Source: Candidatus Collierbacteria bacterium RIFOXYD2_FULL_45_13
GTDB taxonomy: Bacteria > Patescibacteriota > Microgenomatia > UBA1400 > MFAQ01
Direction of reading: 5' to 3'
Length of the DNA: 64,000 bases
NCBI GenBank assembly: GCA_001774685.1
Contig: MFAS01000001.1
Coordinates: 287,557 to 351,556 of the forward strand
In this document: positions 49,416-59,033 of the stretch, piece by piece
How positions within the stretch are numbered: the first letter of the stretch is position 1
Layout: the number at the start of each line of letters is the position of its first letter
Program-made: the position numbers and the translations under genes
Notes under the pieces: generated by a model
Databases searched by the model: none
What the model was told of the DNA's origin: nothing
What the model saw: the letters and a program-made list of their open reading frames with translations, nothing else

Positions 49416-51097
49416 AAACCGGGTGGGGATCAATTTCCTTCACACTTGTTCTTCTTTGTGTATTATTGGCCGTCTATTTTTCCGACCGTCAACCCAAGAA
49501 TCCAATATCACAATCACCAACATTTTCTACTGAGTTTGCCTATGACAATCGGACTTTTCTCCCCGCGGTTTTTCAAAACCCGTCTCCTCCCAAAGGCTCG
49601 GCTCCTTCCGTCATGGTTATTCCTCATCATCTAACCGCTTCAAATCTTATCGCCGGAGGCATCTCCTTACTTACCGCCGACCCGCCGGGGACAATTATTA
49701 TTTTGTCACCGAATCACGCCGACACCGGTCAATGCGATATTGTTTCATCATCAAATAGTTGGGACACCCCATACGGGCAGGTCCCTGTGGACCAAAAGTT
49801 ACTTGATTTATTTGTCAGATACGGCACTGTCTGTTTGGACAATCTGGCCATTGTGCCCGAACATGGTCTTGCCGGACTAATGCCTTTTCTTGCGTATTAC
49901 CTGCCAAATACCCAAGTTGTTCCTTTTGCTCTCAAGAAGAACCTCGATCCGGCTTTGCTCGATAGTTTTATCAGACAACTGATTACTGTCTCACCAGCCA
50001 CCGCCATTATTGCTTCTATTGATTTCTCCCACGGCCTAACTCACGACCAAGCCAAGCAGAGTGACACTCAAACTGAAAATTATATATACAACCACAACTA
50101 TCCGGCCATCGAAAAGTTATCATCGGAGTATCTCGACTCTCCGGCCTCCCTGATATCAGCTCTGAAGATTATTAGTGCGAGATCTCTTTCCCCCGAGGTT
50201 CTGGTCCACACCGATTCGTTCGCCTTTAATCAAATTCCCGACTCGGTCACATCATATTTCTTAATCACCGGTGTCAGTTCTGTATCACCTTCAGACCCCA
50301 TCACCATCCTCTTCGGTGGTGACGTTATGCTTGGTCGGTCAGTCGATACCCGGATCGCCAAAAACCACGATCCTGCTTGGCCATTTAAGAACATCTCCGG
50401 CATCCTAAGTGATGCCGATTTAACCTTCGTAAACTTAGAATCACCCTTTGGTTCTGAGTGTAACTCTACCGACACAGGTATGGTTTTTTGCGCCAATCCA
50501 GCTTCCGTCAAAGGCTTAGTTGATTCAGGCGTAGACTTGGTTGGTCTCGCCAACAACCATATCGATAATCAAGGCAAAAACGGTTTCGACCTCACCGTTT
50601 CCATTCTTAACCAAAACGGTATTGCCCCCGTTGGATTAGGGCAACCGGTATTCAAATCCGTCAAGAACAGCAAGATCGCTTTTCTAGCCTTCAATGATAT
50701 ACCTCCCAATTTTTCGGAGGTTTCTATGGCTTCACCGAATAATATTTCCGGTCAAATAGCCATCGCCAGATCGTCGGCAGATATTGTCATCGCCTCTTTC
50801 CACTGGGGCAATGAATATAGCCATCGGTCACTTCATCAGGAGGAGCTCGCTCATATGGCTATTGATTCTGGTGCTGACGTTGTCATCGGTCACCATCCTC
50901 ACTGGGTTCAGGAAATAGAAACTTACAAGGGAAAACCTGTTTACTACTCCTTGGGAAACTTGGTTTTCGATCAAATGTGGTCGGAAGAAACCAGAAATGG
51001 CTTAGTCGTTAAGCTAACTTTCTCAGGTAATACCCTGGTCAGTCAAGAACAGGTTCCTATCAAGATCGTCGATTATGGTCAGCCCGTTCCCTTATAA
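49412..51097 (+). CDS. exported fusion of AmmeMemoRadiSam-B/MEMO1-like domain and CapA (PGA_cap) metallophosphoesterase domain
   Basis: PHH, LSPNH, EHG, ASIDFSH; then GDVMLGR, NLE, LANNH, HWG.EY, GHHPH, YSLGNLVFDQ. Confidence 0.88.
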   Translation: MKTGWGSISFTLVLLCVLLAVYFSDRQPKNPISQSPTFSTEFAYDNRTFLPAVFQNPSPPKGSAPSVMVIPHHLTASNLIAGGISLLTADPPGTIIILSPNHADTGQCDIVSSSNSWDTPYGQVPVDQKLLDLFVRYGTVCLDNLAIVPEHGLAGLMPFLAYYLPNTQVVPFALKKNLDPALLDSFIRQLITVSPATAIIASIDFSHGLTHDQAKQSDTQTENYIYNHNYPAIEKLSSEYLDSPASLISALKIISARSLSPEVLVHTDSFAFNQIPDSVTSYFLITGVSSVSPSDPITILFGGDVMLGRSVDTRIAKNHDPAWPFKNISGILSDADLTFVNLESPFGSECNSTDTGMVFCANPASVKGLVDSGVDLVGLANNHIDNQGKNGFDLTVSILNQNGIAPVGLGQPVFKSVKNSKIAFLAFNDIPPNFSEVSMASPNNISGQIAIARSSADIVIASFHWGNEYSHRSLHQEELAHMAIDSGADVVIGHHPHWVQEIETYKGKPVYYSLGNLVFDQMWSEETRNGLVVKLTFSGNTLVSQEQVPIKIVDYGQPVPL

Positions 51098-52033
51098 GAC
51101 CTGGCCCCTAAAATACTCAATTGTCTTCGCCAGTCCCTCTCTAAGAGCTACTTTTGGCTTCCACCCAAGTGATTTTTCTGCCAAAGAAATATTTGGCCTT
51201 CTAACTTTTGGATCATCACCCGGAATCGGCCGGAACGCCGTTTTGCTAGTTGATTCCGGAATCATTTCCAAGACCACCCGAGCTAGCTCTTTCATAGTAA
51301 ATTCGTCAGGGTTACCTATATTCACTGGTCCTATAAACCCATCTTTATTTTCCATCATCAGTGTCATTCCTTCGATCAAGTCGCTCACATACTGGAAACT
51401 TCTTGTCTGGGTACCGTCACCATAGATGGTGATTTCTCTATTGGTCAAAGCTTCCACGATGAAACTGCTGACTACCCGGCCATCATTTGGATCCATATTT
51501 GGACCATAAGTATTAAAAATACGGATCAACCTTATCGGTGTTTGGTATTTTCTGAAAAAATCCATGCAAATAGTTTCCGCAGCCCGCTTTCCTTCGTCAT
51601 AGCAGGACCTGATACCACACGGGTTCACATTCCCCCAGTAACTTTCTTTTTGCGGGTGCTCCAAAGGATCTCCGTAGACTTCGGAGGTGGATGCTTGGAG
51701 TACCGGTATATTTCCGTTTTTTCGTGATAGCTCCAGTATGTTATTCATTCCAAGGACAGAAGTTCTCCAGGTAAAGACTGGATCTTTTTGATATGCCGGA
51801 GGAGAAGCGGGACATGCCAGGTTATATATCCTATCCAAACCATTAATCTCCATCGGTGCAGTAATATCCTCTTCAATTACTTGAAAATTAGAGTCACCCA
51901 GAAGGTCGGCAATGTTTTGTCTTCTGCCAGTAAAAAAATTATCCACACAAAGCACCTCATTGTTTTCATCCAGAAGTCTTTTACATAGATGAGACCCCAA
52001 AAACCCCGCGCCCCCGGTTACCAATATTTTCAT
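51092..52033 (-). CDS. UDP-glucuronate decarboxylase family (extended SDR)
   Basis: TGGAGFLGSHL, NLACPASP, STSEVYG, YDEGKR, GRVVS. Confidence 0.93.
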   Translation of the reverse strand: MKILVTGGAGFLGSHLCKRLLDENNEVLCVDNFFTGRRQNIADLLGDSNFQVIEEDITAPMEINGLDRIYNLACPASPPAYQKDPVFTWRTSVLGMNNILELSRKNGNIPVLQASTSEVYGDPLEHPQKESYWGNVNPCGIRSCYDEGKRAAETICMDFFRKYQTPIRLIRIFNTYGPNMDPNDGRVVSSFIVEALTNREITIYGDGTQTRSFQYVSDLIEGMTLMMENKDGFIGPVNIGNPDEFTMKELARVVLEMIPESTSKTAFRPIPGDDPKVRRPNISLAEKSLGWKPKVALREGLAKTIEYFRGQVL

Positions 52034-52101
52034 TTCTCTATTCTAGACCATCATTACTTGATTTTGCATATTTTCAAAACACTGGTATACATATAGTTAG
52101 T

Positions 52102-53250
52102 ATGAAATATTTCAACCGGCTATCAGCCATTCTCCTTTCTGCTTTGTTATTTTCTTTCACCCTCATCTTTCCGGCGCACGCCGTCTACCTGAACTCCGGC
52201 AATCAGCTGGATCTTCCTAAAGATAAAAAAATAAACGAAACCGCCATCATCGCCGCCGGTACTTTAAACATAGACACCGAAATCAACGGTGACCTCTTCT
52301 GTGCAGGCAGAGATATTGTCGTCAATGGAGATATCAAAGGCGATGTGCTTTGTGCAGGGCAGTCCGTCAAAATAAATGGACGAGTCGATGGCAATGTTCG
52401 TATTGCAGCTCAGTTTATCGAGATAAATGGTCAGGTCGGCCGGAATATCACTACTGCCTCTCAAGGCTTGATAGTTTCTAAGTTTGCTTCAATTAAAGGC
52501 GATATTTTCTTTGGGGTCCAAAGTGCTGACCTCAGAGGTACCTTGGGTCGAGACCTGCTCGGTGCCGCCGACCAGCTGACTATTTCCGGGACCCTTATCA
52601 GAAATGCCAAGGTGGCAGCCAGCAAGATATCTTTGGTCGATCCTGCCAAAATTGGCGGGGACTTCGAGTATTACATGGAAAATATTGGAACAGCCTCGGT
52701 CAATCAGCAAAATGTCAAAGGAAGTATCTTAAAACACGAAATTGTCAGAAAGGAAGTCTCCCAAAAAGAAGTAAAGGGTGTCACTATTGCTGCCAAGCTG
52801 ATGGCCCGGCTATTCTGGCTTGTTTCAACTCTATTGTTGGGCTTTACCCTAATCTATTTTCTCAGATCGAGGGTCACTCAGCGCAGTCAGCTAATCACCC
52901 GGAAGCCATTCATCACCGGCTTCGTTGGTTTAGCTGTCCTTATTCTTTCCCCAATCGTCGCGATTCTTCTTTTAATCAGCGTAATTGGAGCCCCCTTGGC
53001 TATCGTCGTTATTCTCGAATACATGTTGTCGCTCATTCTGGCCTCTATTTATCCCACGATTCTCCTCGGTGAATGGGTTATTAAACTGCTTACCAAAAAG
53101 AAGTCTGGCGGTCTGGGCTGGTCGTTATTCGCCGGAGCAGTCACCGTAGGGCTCCTGTTCTTTGTTCCCCTCATCGGCTCCATCGTGGCCTTCATTTTAC
53201 TGTGTTCAGGTTTAGGGTCTATCTTTCTTTCTTACCTTCCAGAGAAATAA
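52102..53250 (+). CDS. membrane protein with bactofilin-like beta-helix repeats and C-terminal TM bundle
   Basis: Signal peptide; repeated (I/V)NGD(L/V)..AG units; about 4-5 TM helices. Confidence 0.8.
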   Translation: MKYFNRLSAILLSALLFSFTLIFPAHAVYLNSGNQLDLPKDKKINETAIIAAGTLNIDTEINGDLFCAGRDIVVNGDIKGDVLCAGQSVKINGRVDGNVRIAAQFIEINGQVGRNITTASQGLIVSKFASIKGDIFFGVQSADLRGTLGRDLLGAADQLTISGTLIRNAKVAASKISLVDPAKIGGDFEYYMENIGTASVNQQNVKGSILKHEIVRKEVSQKEVKGVTIAAKLMARLFWLVSTLLLGFTLIYFLRSRVTQRSQLITRKPFITGFVGLAVLILSPIVAILLLISVIGAPLAIVVILEYMLSLILASIYPTILLGEWVIKLLTKKKSGGLGWSLFAGAVTVGLLFFVPLIGSIVAFILLCSGLGSIFLSYLPEK

Positions 53251-53267
53251 GAACCGGTCCGGATACG

Positions 53268-53292
53268 AAAAAGCCCCGACTTGGTCGGGGCT
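53268..53292 (-). terminator. intrinsic terminator
   Basis: AGCCCCGAC-ttg-GTCGGGGCT with T tract on minus strand. Confidence 0.7.
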
Positions 53293-53298
53293 AGTAAG

Positions 53299-53679
53299 TT
53301 AGATTTCGCCAACGCCTGTTTCACTCTCTTCCATGATCCTTTTCAACTTTACGATGAAGCCGTCCTGAACCTCTCCCTCCTTGGAACCTTCTGTGTCAAA
53401 ACCAATGGGGTGATATCCTTTGGACGAATACCACACCAAATACGCCTTTGGTTTTTCACGACCATTTGTTCTGACTCTGATCGACTCTATGAGATTACCC
53501 AAACGGACCGCATCCATAAAATCGGGGCAAGGACGGTAATTATGCTCGTTAATGAAATGAAATATTAAACTATGCACCAAGTATTTATACTCATGTCCAT
53601 GTGCTTCAATTATTATCTCGACCTCACCATAACCGCTATTGTCCACAGCCATGTTGCATTTTGGACACGTTTGGTTCAC
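53299..53679 (-). CDS. hypothetical protein (orphan cassette)
   Basis: GGAGGTG SD before GTG; TGATACAAT promoter; G.GEV...LIFHFI..H.Y.P...F..AV pattern. Confidence 0.7.
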   Translation of the reverse strand: MNQTCPKCNMAVDNSGYGEVEIIIEAHGHEYKYLVHSLIFHFINEHNYRPCPDFMDAVRLGNLIESIRVRTNGREKPKAYLVWYSSKGYHPIGFDTEGSKEGEVQDGFIVKLKRIMEESETGVGEI

Positions 53680-53794
53680 GTCTCACCTCCAAGAATTTAA
53701 AAGTATTACTACGTGAGCATTGTATCACTTGTAATCGTTATCAAATTGTCTATACTTAAATTTATCTCGGTAGCATTATTATTTTGTTTAGAGT

Positions 53795-54910
53795 ATGAAA
53801 AAACAAAAGACAATTGTTTCGGCTTTTCTCCTACTAATTGGTTTGATCATCGTCTTCGGCGTCGCCCTCCTTCTCCAAAAAGGTAATTTCAACGACCAAA
53901 GCCGAGCTTCCACCGGTACCGTAATGCTCGGTAAGCTCATCACTGTCACCGATCGTTCTTGTACCAAATGTGTCGAGCAGTGTCCCGGTGCAGACAATGT
54001 CCTCCGCAACTGTCACCCCATGGAGTCGGACGGTACTTCTATGGAAAGCACCTGCAATGTTGCCGGCCGTATCGAATTCTGTGGTACCAAGTCATTCTGT
54101 TGTCCCAGCCCGGGTGGCAAGTGGACCACCGATCTCACCAAGTGTCCCGGTGGCGCACCCAAAGTCATGACCCCTGTTTCTTACCGACTTCTTAAAGATG
54201 GTGGCGTATGTACTTCCATCATTGTTTCCAAGACATTAGCCGATCCACTGGTTGGCAAAAAAGTCATTGCTACAGGGTCTCTTGAAGAACCATATTTCTA
54301 TGCTACCGAGCTTGTTCAGAACACCTGTGTTCAGCAATGCCCCGGTAAAGACAACGTTCTTCGTAACTGTACTCCTCCGGAAGCCGACGGTACTTCAGAA
54401 GATAGCACTTGCAACGTCGCTGGCCGTTCAGCCTCCTGTGGCGGTACTCAGTTCTGTTGCCCCAAGCCAGGTGCCAAGTGGACCAAGGATATGGCACAGT
54501 GTCCCACCACATCTACTACCCCCACCAAGACACCCACTCCTACACCGACCAAGACTCCTACACCCACAACCACTGCAACCCCGACACCGACAACTACCAC
54601 CAACACTCCTCCTACCGTATCCACAGCTTCACTTCCCACGGGTAACGTGGGGAGGACTTATTCCGCAGCTGTGACAGCGAATGATCCAAATAAAACAGAT
54701 AGGTTAAATATTACTTTTTTCGGATTACCCGCCGGTTTAGTTCCCGGACCTTGTGGTGGAGCCGTAAACAGTGGTCAAATAACTTGCTATATTTCCGGCA
54801 CGCCAACTACTGCCGGGTACTATAAGGTAGGTATTACTGCTACCGATGATCACGGAGGAGCCACTAGCACGTCACTTCCTTTGTCCATTGTTAGTGTAGT
54901 CAGGCAGTAA
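53795..54910 (+). CDS. membrane-anchored Cys-rich repeat protein with PT linker and C-terminal Ig/cadherin-like domain
   Basis: N-terminal TM + RAS; two 60-aa 8-Cys repeats; (TP)n; LP.G...GLPAGL...ISGTPT..G.Y...ATD..G. Confidence 0.85.
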   Translation: MKKQKTIVSAFLLLIGLIIVFGVALLLQKGNFNDQSRASTGTVMLGKLITVTDRSCTKCVEQCPGADNVLRNCHPMESDGTSMESTCNVAGRIEFCGTKSFCCPSPGGKWTTDLTKCPGGAPKVMTPVSYRLLKDGGVCTSIIVSKTLADPLVGKKVIATGSLEEPYFYATELVQNTCVQQCPGKDNVLRNCTPPEADGTSEDSTCNVAGRSASCGGTQFCCPKPGAKWTKDMAQCPTTSTTPTKTPTPTPTKTPTPTTTATPTPTTTTNTPPTVSTASLPTGNVGRTYSAAVTANDPNKTDRLNITFFGLPAGLVPGPCGGAVNSGQITCYISGTPTTAGYYKVGITATDDHGGATSTSLPLSIVSVVRQ

Positions 54911-54935
54911 AAAGACTGATATCTCCTGTATTTTG

Positions 54936-54995
54936 TCGGGGTACTCAGAATTGAACTGAGATCGCGCGCACCCCATGCGCGCATACTGCCGTTAT
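54936..54995 (-). pseudogene. partial duplicate of tRNA-Pro(GGG), 3' 60 nt, interrupted in D arm by a structured element
   Basis: 54935-54995 identical to 55125-55185; remaining 5' end degenerate. Confidence 0.8.
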
Positions 54996-55095
54996 TTCCT
55001 AGCATCATAACGAAGTTATGAGCGGAAATAAGAGGAAGCGCAGGAAGTACTTTTCAATAACTAAGTTATTGAAAGGATGACGAGCAAGCTCTTAT
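54993..55095. repeat. ~103-nt structured MITE/REP-like element, copy 1
   Basis: TAT...ATAAGAGGAAGC...GACGAGCAAGCTCTTAT; second copy at 55224-55327. Confidence 0.75.
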
Positions 55096-55125
55096 ACTAA
55101 AACCGAGAGTCTTTCGACCATTTAG

Positions 55126-55196
55126 TCGGGGTACTCAGAATTGAACTGAGATCGCGCGCACCCCATGCGCGCATACTGCCGTTATACTATACCCCG
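55126..55196 (-). tRNA. tRNA-Pro(GGG), CCA not encoded
   Basis: CGGGGTA/TACCCCG acceptor stem, anticodon loop ATGGGGT, T arm CTCAG-TTCAATT-CTGAG. Confidence 0.92.
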
Positions 55197-55223
55197 AAAT
55201 GTACTCATTCGGGGTAGAGTTAC

Positions 55224-55327
55224 TATATCCAGCCGATAATATAGTTATCGGCGCCAGATATAAGAGGAAGCACAGGCTGCCATTTCGATAATGACTATTA
55301 TCGAAAGAAAGACGAGCAAGCTCTTAT
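55224..55327. repeat. ~104-nt structured MITE/REP-like element, copy 2
   Basis: Same conserved blocks as copy 1, with covarying hairpins. Confidence 0.75.
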
Positions 55328-55424
55328 ACCCCGAATCGAACCCGTTCATTTTACCACGCTTCCTCCCTTGCGAAAATAACCCAAATATATATAATGACCT
55401 TAGTTACCAAAATACCCGAAGAAA

Positions 55425-56486
55425 ATGCCAAAGAAAGCCAAGAAAACTAAAGAAGAAAAGTCAGTAGCCAAGCCCGCAGACAACACCGCTCGTCTTACCG
55501 CCGTCAAAATTGCCATGCAGCAAATCACCAAACAGTTTGGTGAAGGGGCGATTATGCATATGGGTTCCGACCGTGTCGATGAAAAGATACCCGTAATCTC
55601 CACCGGTTCGATTAGTTTGGATTTAGCTTTGGGTGTGGGTGGTTTCCCCAAAGGCAGAATTATTGAGATTTATGGTCCGGAAGCCTCAGGTAAGACCACT
55701 TTGGCTCTCCATGTCATTTCAGAAGCCCAAAAAACCGGCGGTATAGCCGCCTTTATCGATGCCGAGCATGCTGTGGACCCCAGCCGTGCGAAATCTATCG
55801 GAGTCGATCTGGATAGTCTTCTTTTATCTCAGCCGGACAACGGTGAGCAAGCTCTGGAGATCGCCGAGACTCTTATCCGTTCCGGCGGTGTGGATGTCGT
55901 AGTCATTGATTCTGTCGCCGCCCTGGTTCCCAAGTCAGAGATCGAGGGCGAAATGGGTGACTCTTCTATGGGGCTTCAGGCGAGACTCATGAGTCAAGCT
56001 TTGCGCAAGATTACCGGTGCTATTTCCAAGAGCAAGTGTATCGTTATCTTTACCAATCAGCTCCGCGAGAAAATTGGTGTGATGTTTGGGAATCCCGAAG
56101 TCACTACTGGTGGTAAAGCTCTCAAGTTCTATGCTTCCATTCGTATCGACATGCGCAAAATTGGGAATATCCAGGAGGGCGATGAAATCATCGGTTCCCG
56201 TCACCGTGCCAAAGTGGTGAAGAACAAAGTTGCTTCACCTTTTAGGACTGCTGAGTTCGATGTTCTCAATGTCGGAGGTATTAGTAAACTAGGCGACCTC
56301 ATCGATACCGCCATCGCCTATAACGTCCTGGAGAAAGCCGGCTCATTTATCAAATATGAAGGGGAGACTCTGGCCCAAGGGCGTGAATCGGCCAAAGCCG
56401 CTTTAGCCGAGCGTCCTCAAGTCATCGAAAAGATTAAGCAGCAAGTCATGGAAAAGGTCAATGCCGGAATCCAGCCGGAAAAGTGA
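55425..56486 (+). CDS. recA: recombinase RecA
   Basis: [29 protein letters not shown]. Confidence 0.99.
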   Translation: MPKKAKKTKEEKSVAKPADNTARLTAVKIAMQQITKQFGEGAIMHMGSDRVDEKIPVISTGSISLDLALGVGGFPKGRIIEIYGPEASGKTTLALHVISEAQKTGGIAAFIDAEHAVDPSRAKSIGVDLDSLLLSQPDNGEQALEIAETLIRSGGVDVVVIDSVAALVPKSEIEGEMGDSSMGLQARLMSQALRKITGAISKSKCIVIFTNQLREKIGVMFGNPEVTTGGKALKFYASIRIDMRKIGNIQEGDEIIGSRHRAKVVKNKVASPFRTAEFDVLNVGGISKLGDLIDTAIAYNVLEKAGSFIKYEGETLAQGRESAKAALAERPQVIEKIKQQVMEKVNAGIQPEK

Positions 56487-56940
56487 CCAGAGGCAGTTTT
56501 TAGTAAAATACGCCGGCAGAATTCTCACCGCCCGGCCGTATTTTAGGATCAAACTAAAAGAAAAACTATTTTTACGGGCCGAGAAAGAAAAGATGGAGGA
56601 TCCGGGCTCGACCATCGAGTCCATCCTCAAAGACTTGACGGCGAGTGGTTACTTAAACGATCAATATCTGGCTGAGGCTTTTGTAAGGCGCCAGCTATCC
56701 AAGCACTATGGACCCCGGATTATCTCTCTAAAGCTCAAATACTTGGGGCTTGAGAGTGAATCCATCGCCGCAGCTCTAAAGTCTGTTGCTACTCCAGATG
56801 CCGAAATAGCCTCGATCAGGCAGTTTGCGGACAAGTTCCCCCGTCTCGACCGAAGAGTGGTGGTCTCAAAGCTCTACCGGCGAGGCTATTCCGACCGTGC
56901 CATCAAAAGTGCATTTGACGGGGACTCTTTTGAAGACTAA
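56461..56940 (+). CDS. recX: regulatory protein RecX
   Basis: Follows recA; GYLNDQ.LA, YGP..I...L..G, L.RRGY. Confidence 0.88.
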   Translation: MPESSRKSDQRQFLVKYAGRILTARPYFRIKLKEKLFLRAEKEKMEDPGSTIESILKDLTASGYLNDQYLAEAFVRRQLSKHYGPRIISLKLKYLGLESESIAAALKSVATPDAEIASIRQFADKFPRLDRRVVVSKLYRRGYSDRAIKSAFDGDSFED

Positions 56941-56943
56941 AAT
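56915..56943 (+). promoter_or_regulatory. sigma70 promoter upstream of structured RNA and rny
   Basis: TTGACG-17 nt-TAAAAT. Confidence 0.7.
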
Positions 56944-56949
56944 ACAGAT

Positions 56950-57087
56950 ACTAATCATGTTAGTCACTCAAAATTACGCAATGTTCGATCTCAGTATAAA
57001 TAAAAAGATCCCTCTACAGCCCGCCAGCCGGCTGGCTGGTCGCTAAGCGACTTATTTTGCGTGTTTGTCGGCTAGTCATAGATTAGG
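56950..57087 (+). ncRNA. candidate structured RNA (6S-like, or rny leader)
   Basis: Terminal pairing CTAATC-ATGTTAGTC / GGCTAGTCAT-A-GATTAG, inner ACGCAA/TTGCGT; promoter directly upstream. Confidence 0.45.
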
Positions 57088-57107
57088 TTTATTCATTAAT
57101 TTAAACC

Positions 57108-58682
57108 ATGTCTATACTGTCAATTTTTAGATCCAATATTTTCAAAGGTTCGGATACTCCATCCAAGTCCAAAGCAGTCTCCTCTGCGACTCCGCAAACT
57201 GTCAAAGAAACGGAAAAGACCAATACCAAAGAAGCCCCTGCCGTTCAGGCTCCATCGGTTGACACCGCTGCCATTCTTGCCGCTGCCCAGGCAACGGCCC
57301 AGTCCCAGGCCAGAGAAATAATCATCTCTGCCAAGGATGAAGCCTTCAAGATCAAGGATCAAGCCATCAAAGACGCCCGAATTCAGCTGGAAGAGATAGA
57401 GGTTCGGGCCAAAAACTTAGCTCAAAAACAACAAAGCAATGCTACCATCGAAGAACAGCTCAAACGCGAAAAAGCTAACATAGACCTTCAAACCCAGCAA
57501 ATCGAAGAGCTCAAGGCCAAGATCGCCTCTCAGGCCGATTCAATGGTTGAGAAGTTGGAAAAAATTGCATCTCTTACTACCGAACAGGCCAAAAAAGAGC
57601 TTATTGCACAAGTTGAGAAACGTTCCGCTGCCGAAGCTGCTCGAGCCATCAAAGAAGCCGAAGAAAAATCCAAGATGGAGTGTGAAGATCTGGCCAGAGA
57701 AATTCTGATAGATGCTATGAAAGCTGGAGCCACCGACTATGTAGCCGAATACACTATTTCCACTGTTCCAATTCCGGACGAAGAGACCAAAGGCCGCATC
57801 ATTGGTAAAGATGGCCGCAATATTCGCATTTTTGAAAAAGTTTCCGGTTGCGATGTCTCCATGGATGACTCCCCAGACGAGGTTAAGCTCAGTAGTTTCG
57901 ACCCAGTTCGCCGTGAAATTGCCCGTCTTACTTTAATCCATTTAATCAAAGACGGACGCATTCACCCGGCTAGGATCGAAGAGTACTTTGAAAGATCCAA
58001 ACGCGACGTGGAACAAATCATGTTTCTGGAAGGCCAAAAGCTTTGTCACGCTGTTGGTGTCTATAACATGAACAGGGAAATCATTGCCATGTTGGGGCGG
58101 TTCAAGTTCCGCACTTCCTATGGCCAAAACATGATCAGCCATACTCTGGAAGAAACGAGAATAGGTATCAAGATGGCGAACGAAATTGGTGCCAATGTCG
58201 ACACAGTCCGTATGGGCTGCCTACTTCACGATATCGGCAAAATACTCGAAGGTGAGGGTAATCACGTCGAGCTGGGAGTCCAATATTTAAAGAAATTTAA
58301 TATTCCTCAAGGCATTATTGATTGTGTGGCCCAACATCACGAGGACGAGGAATTCACCTCGAACGAATCCATGATCGTCTACATTTCGGATGCCATTTCC
58401 GGTAGTCGCCCCGGCGCCCGTCATGAAAATACCGAAGAGTATGGCAAGCGAATCCGCCATCTCGAGGAAATTGCCAAGAAACATCCAGAAGTTGACGATG
58501 CCTACGCAATATCGGCAGGACGAGAAATTAGAGTTATCGTCAATCCCGGTAAGGCGGGAGACGATCAGCTAACTATTTTGGCCCAAGCTATTCGTGATGA
58601 AATCAGAGACACTATGACTTTCCCCGGAACCGTCAAGGTGAACTGCATCCGCGAAACGCGAGCCAGTGAAATCGCCAGCTAG
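57108..58682 (+). CDS. rny: ribonuclease Y
   Basis: KGRIIGKDGRNIR (KH), RTSYGQN, LLHDIGK (HD), DAISGSRPGAR. Confidence 0.98.
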   Translation: MSILSIFRSNIFKGSDTPSKSKAVSSATPQTVKETEKTNTKEAPAVQAPSVDTAAILAAAQATAQSQAREIIISAKDEAFKIKDQAIKDARIQLEEIEVRAKNLAQKQQSNATIEEQLKREKANIDLQTQQIEELKAKIASQADSMVEKLEKIASLTTEQAKKELIAQVEKRSAAEAARAIKEAEEKSKMECEDLAREILIDAMKAGATDYVAEYTISTVPIPDEETKGRIIGKDGRNIRIFEKVSGCDVSMDDSPDEVKLSSFDPVRREIARLTLIHLIKDGRIHPARIEEYFERSKRDVEQIMFLEGQKLCHAVGVYNMNREIIAMLGRFKFRTSYGQNMISHTLEETRIGIKMANEIGANVDTVRMGCLLHDIGKILEGEGNHVELGVQYLKKFNIPQGIIDCVAQHHEDEEFTSNESMIVYISDAISGSRPGARHENTEEYGKRIRHLEEIAKKHPEVDDAYAISAGREIRVIVNPGKAGDDQLTILAQAIRDEIRDTMTFPGTVKVNCIRETRASEIAS

Positions 58683-58757
58683 CTCCTTGCGCGTAGTATA
58701 ATTAGGTGGTAACATCAGCTAAATTATTATCAAGATTCTGCCCGGAAAGAGGAACTA

Positions 58758-59033
58758 ATGACCAAACAAACCCTGGTAAACATTGTTAGCAAGAAGGTCC
58801 ACTTGACCAAAAAAGCCGTCAAAGAAACGGTTGACGCTTTTTTTGAAGAGTCCATCGCCGCACTTGGAAAAGGTGAAAAGGTTGTTATCTCCGGCTTCGG
58901 CACTTTCTATATTGGTAAAGTCGAAGACAAGCAAGTAGTTCCCTTCGGTAACGAGTCCAAGAGGCAAGTAGTCAAAGGACACAAAGTTATCAACTTTCAT
59001 GTTGGTAAGCCTTTGAAGAAAAAAGTTGCCTAA
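58758..59033 (+). CDS. HU family DNA-binding protein
   Basis: MTKQ.LV, GEKV.ISGFGTF, F..GK.LK. Confidence 0.92.
   Translation: MTKQTLVNIVSKKVHLTKKAVKETVDAFFEESIAALGKGEKVVISGFGTFYIGKVEDKQVVPFGNESKRQVVKGHKVINFHVGKPLKKKVA

Noticed and set aside
54514-54612. Thr/Pro tandem repeats as a DNA repeat element
   Set aside because: Ordinary low-complexity protein linker with synonymous variation
54625-54650. LPTG as a sortase sorting signal
   Set aside because: Internal to the Ig-like domain, not LPxTG, and not followed by a TM helix and basic tail
54935-55335. CRISPR array or prophage attachment sites
   Set aside because: Repeats are tRNA-derived with only two copies; no cas or integrase genes; the interval is only 190 bp
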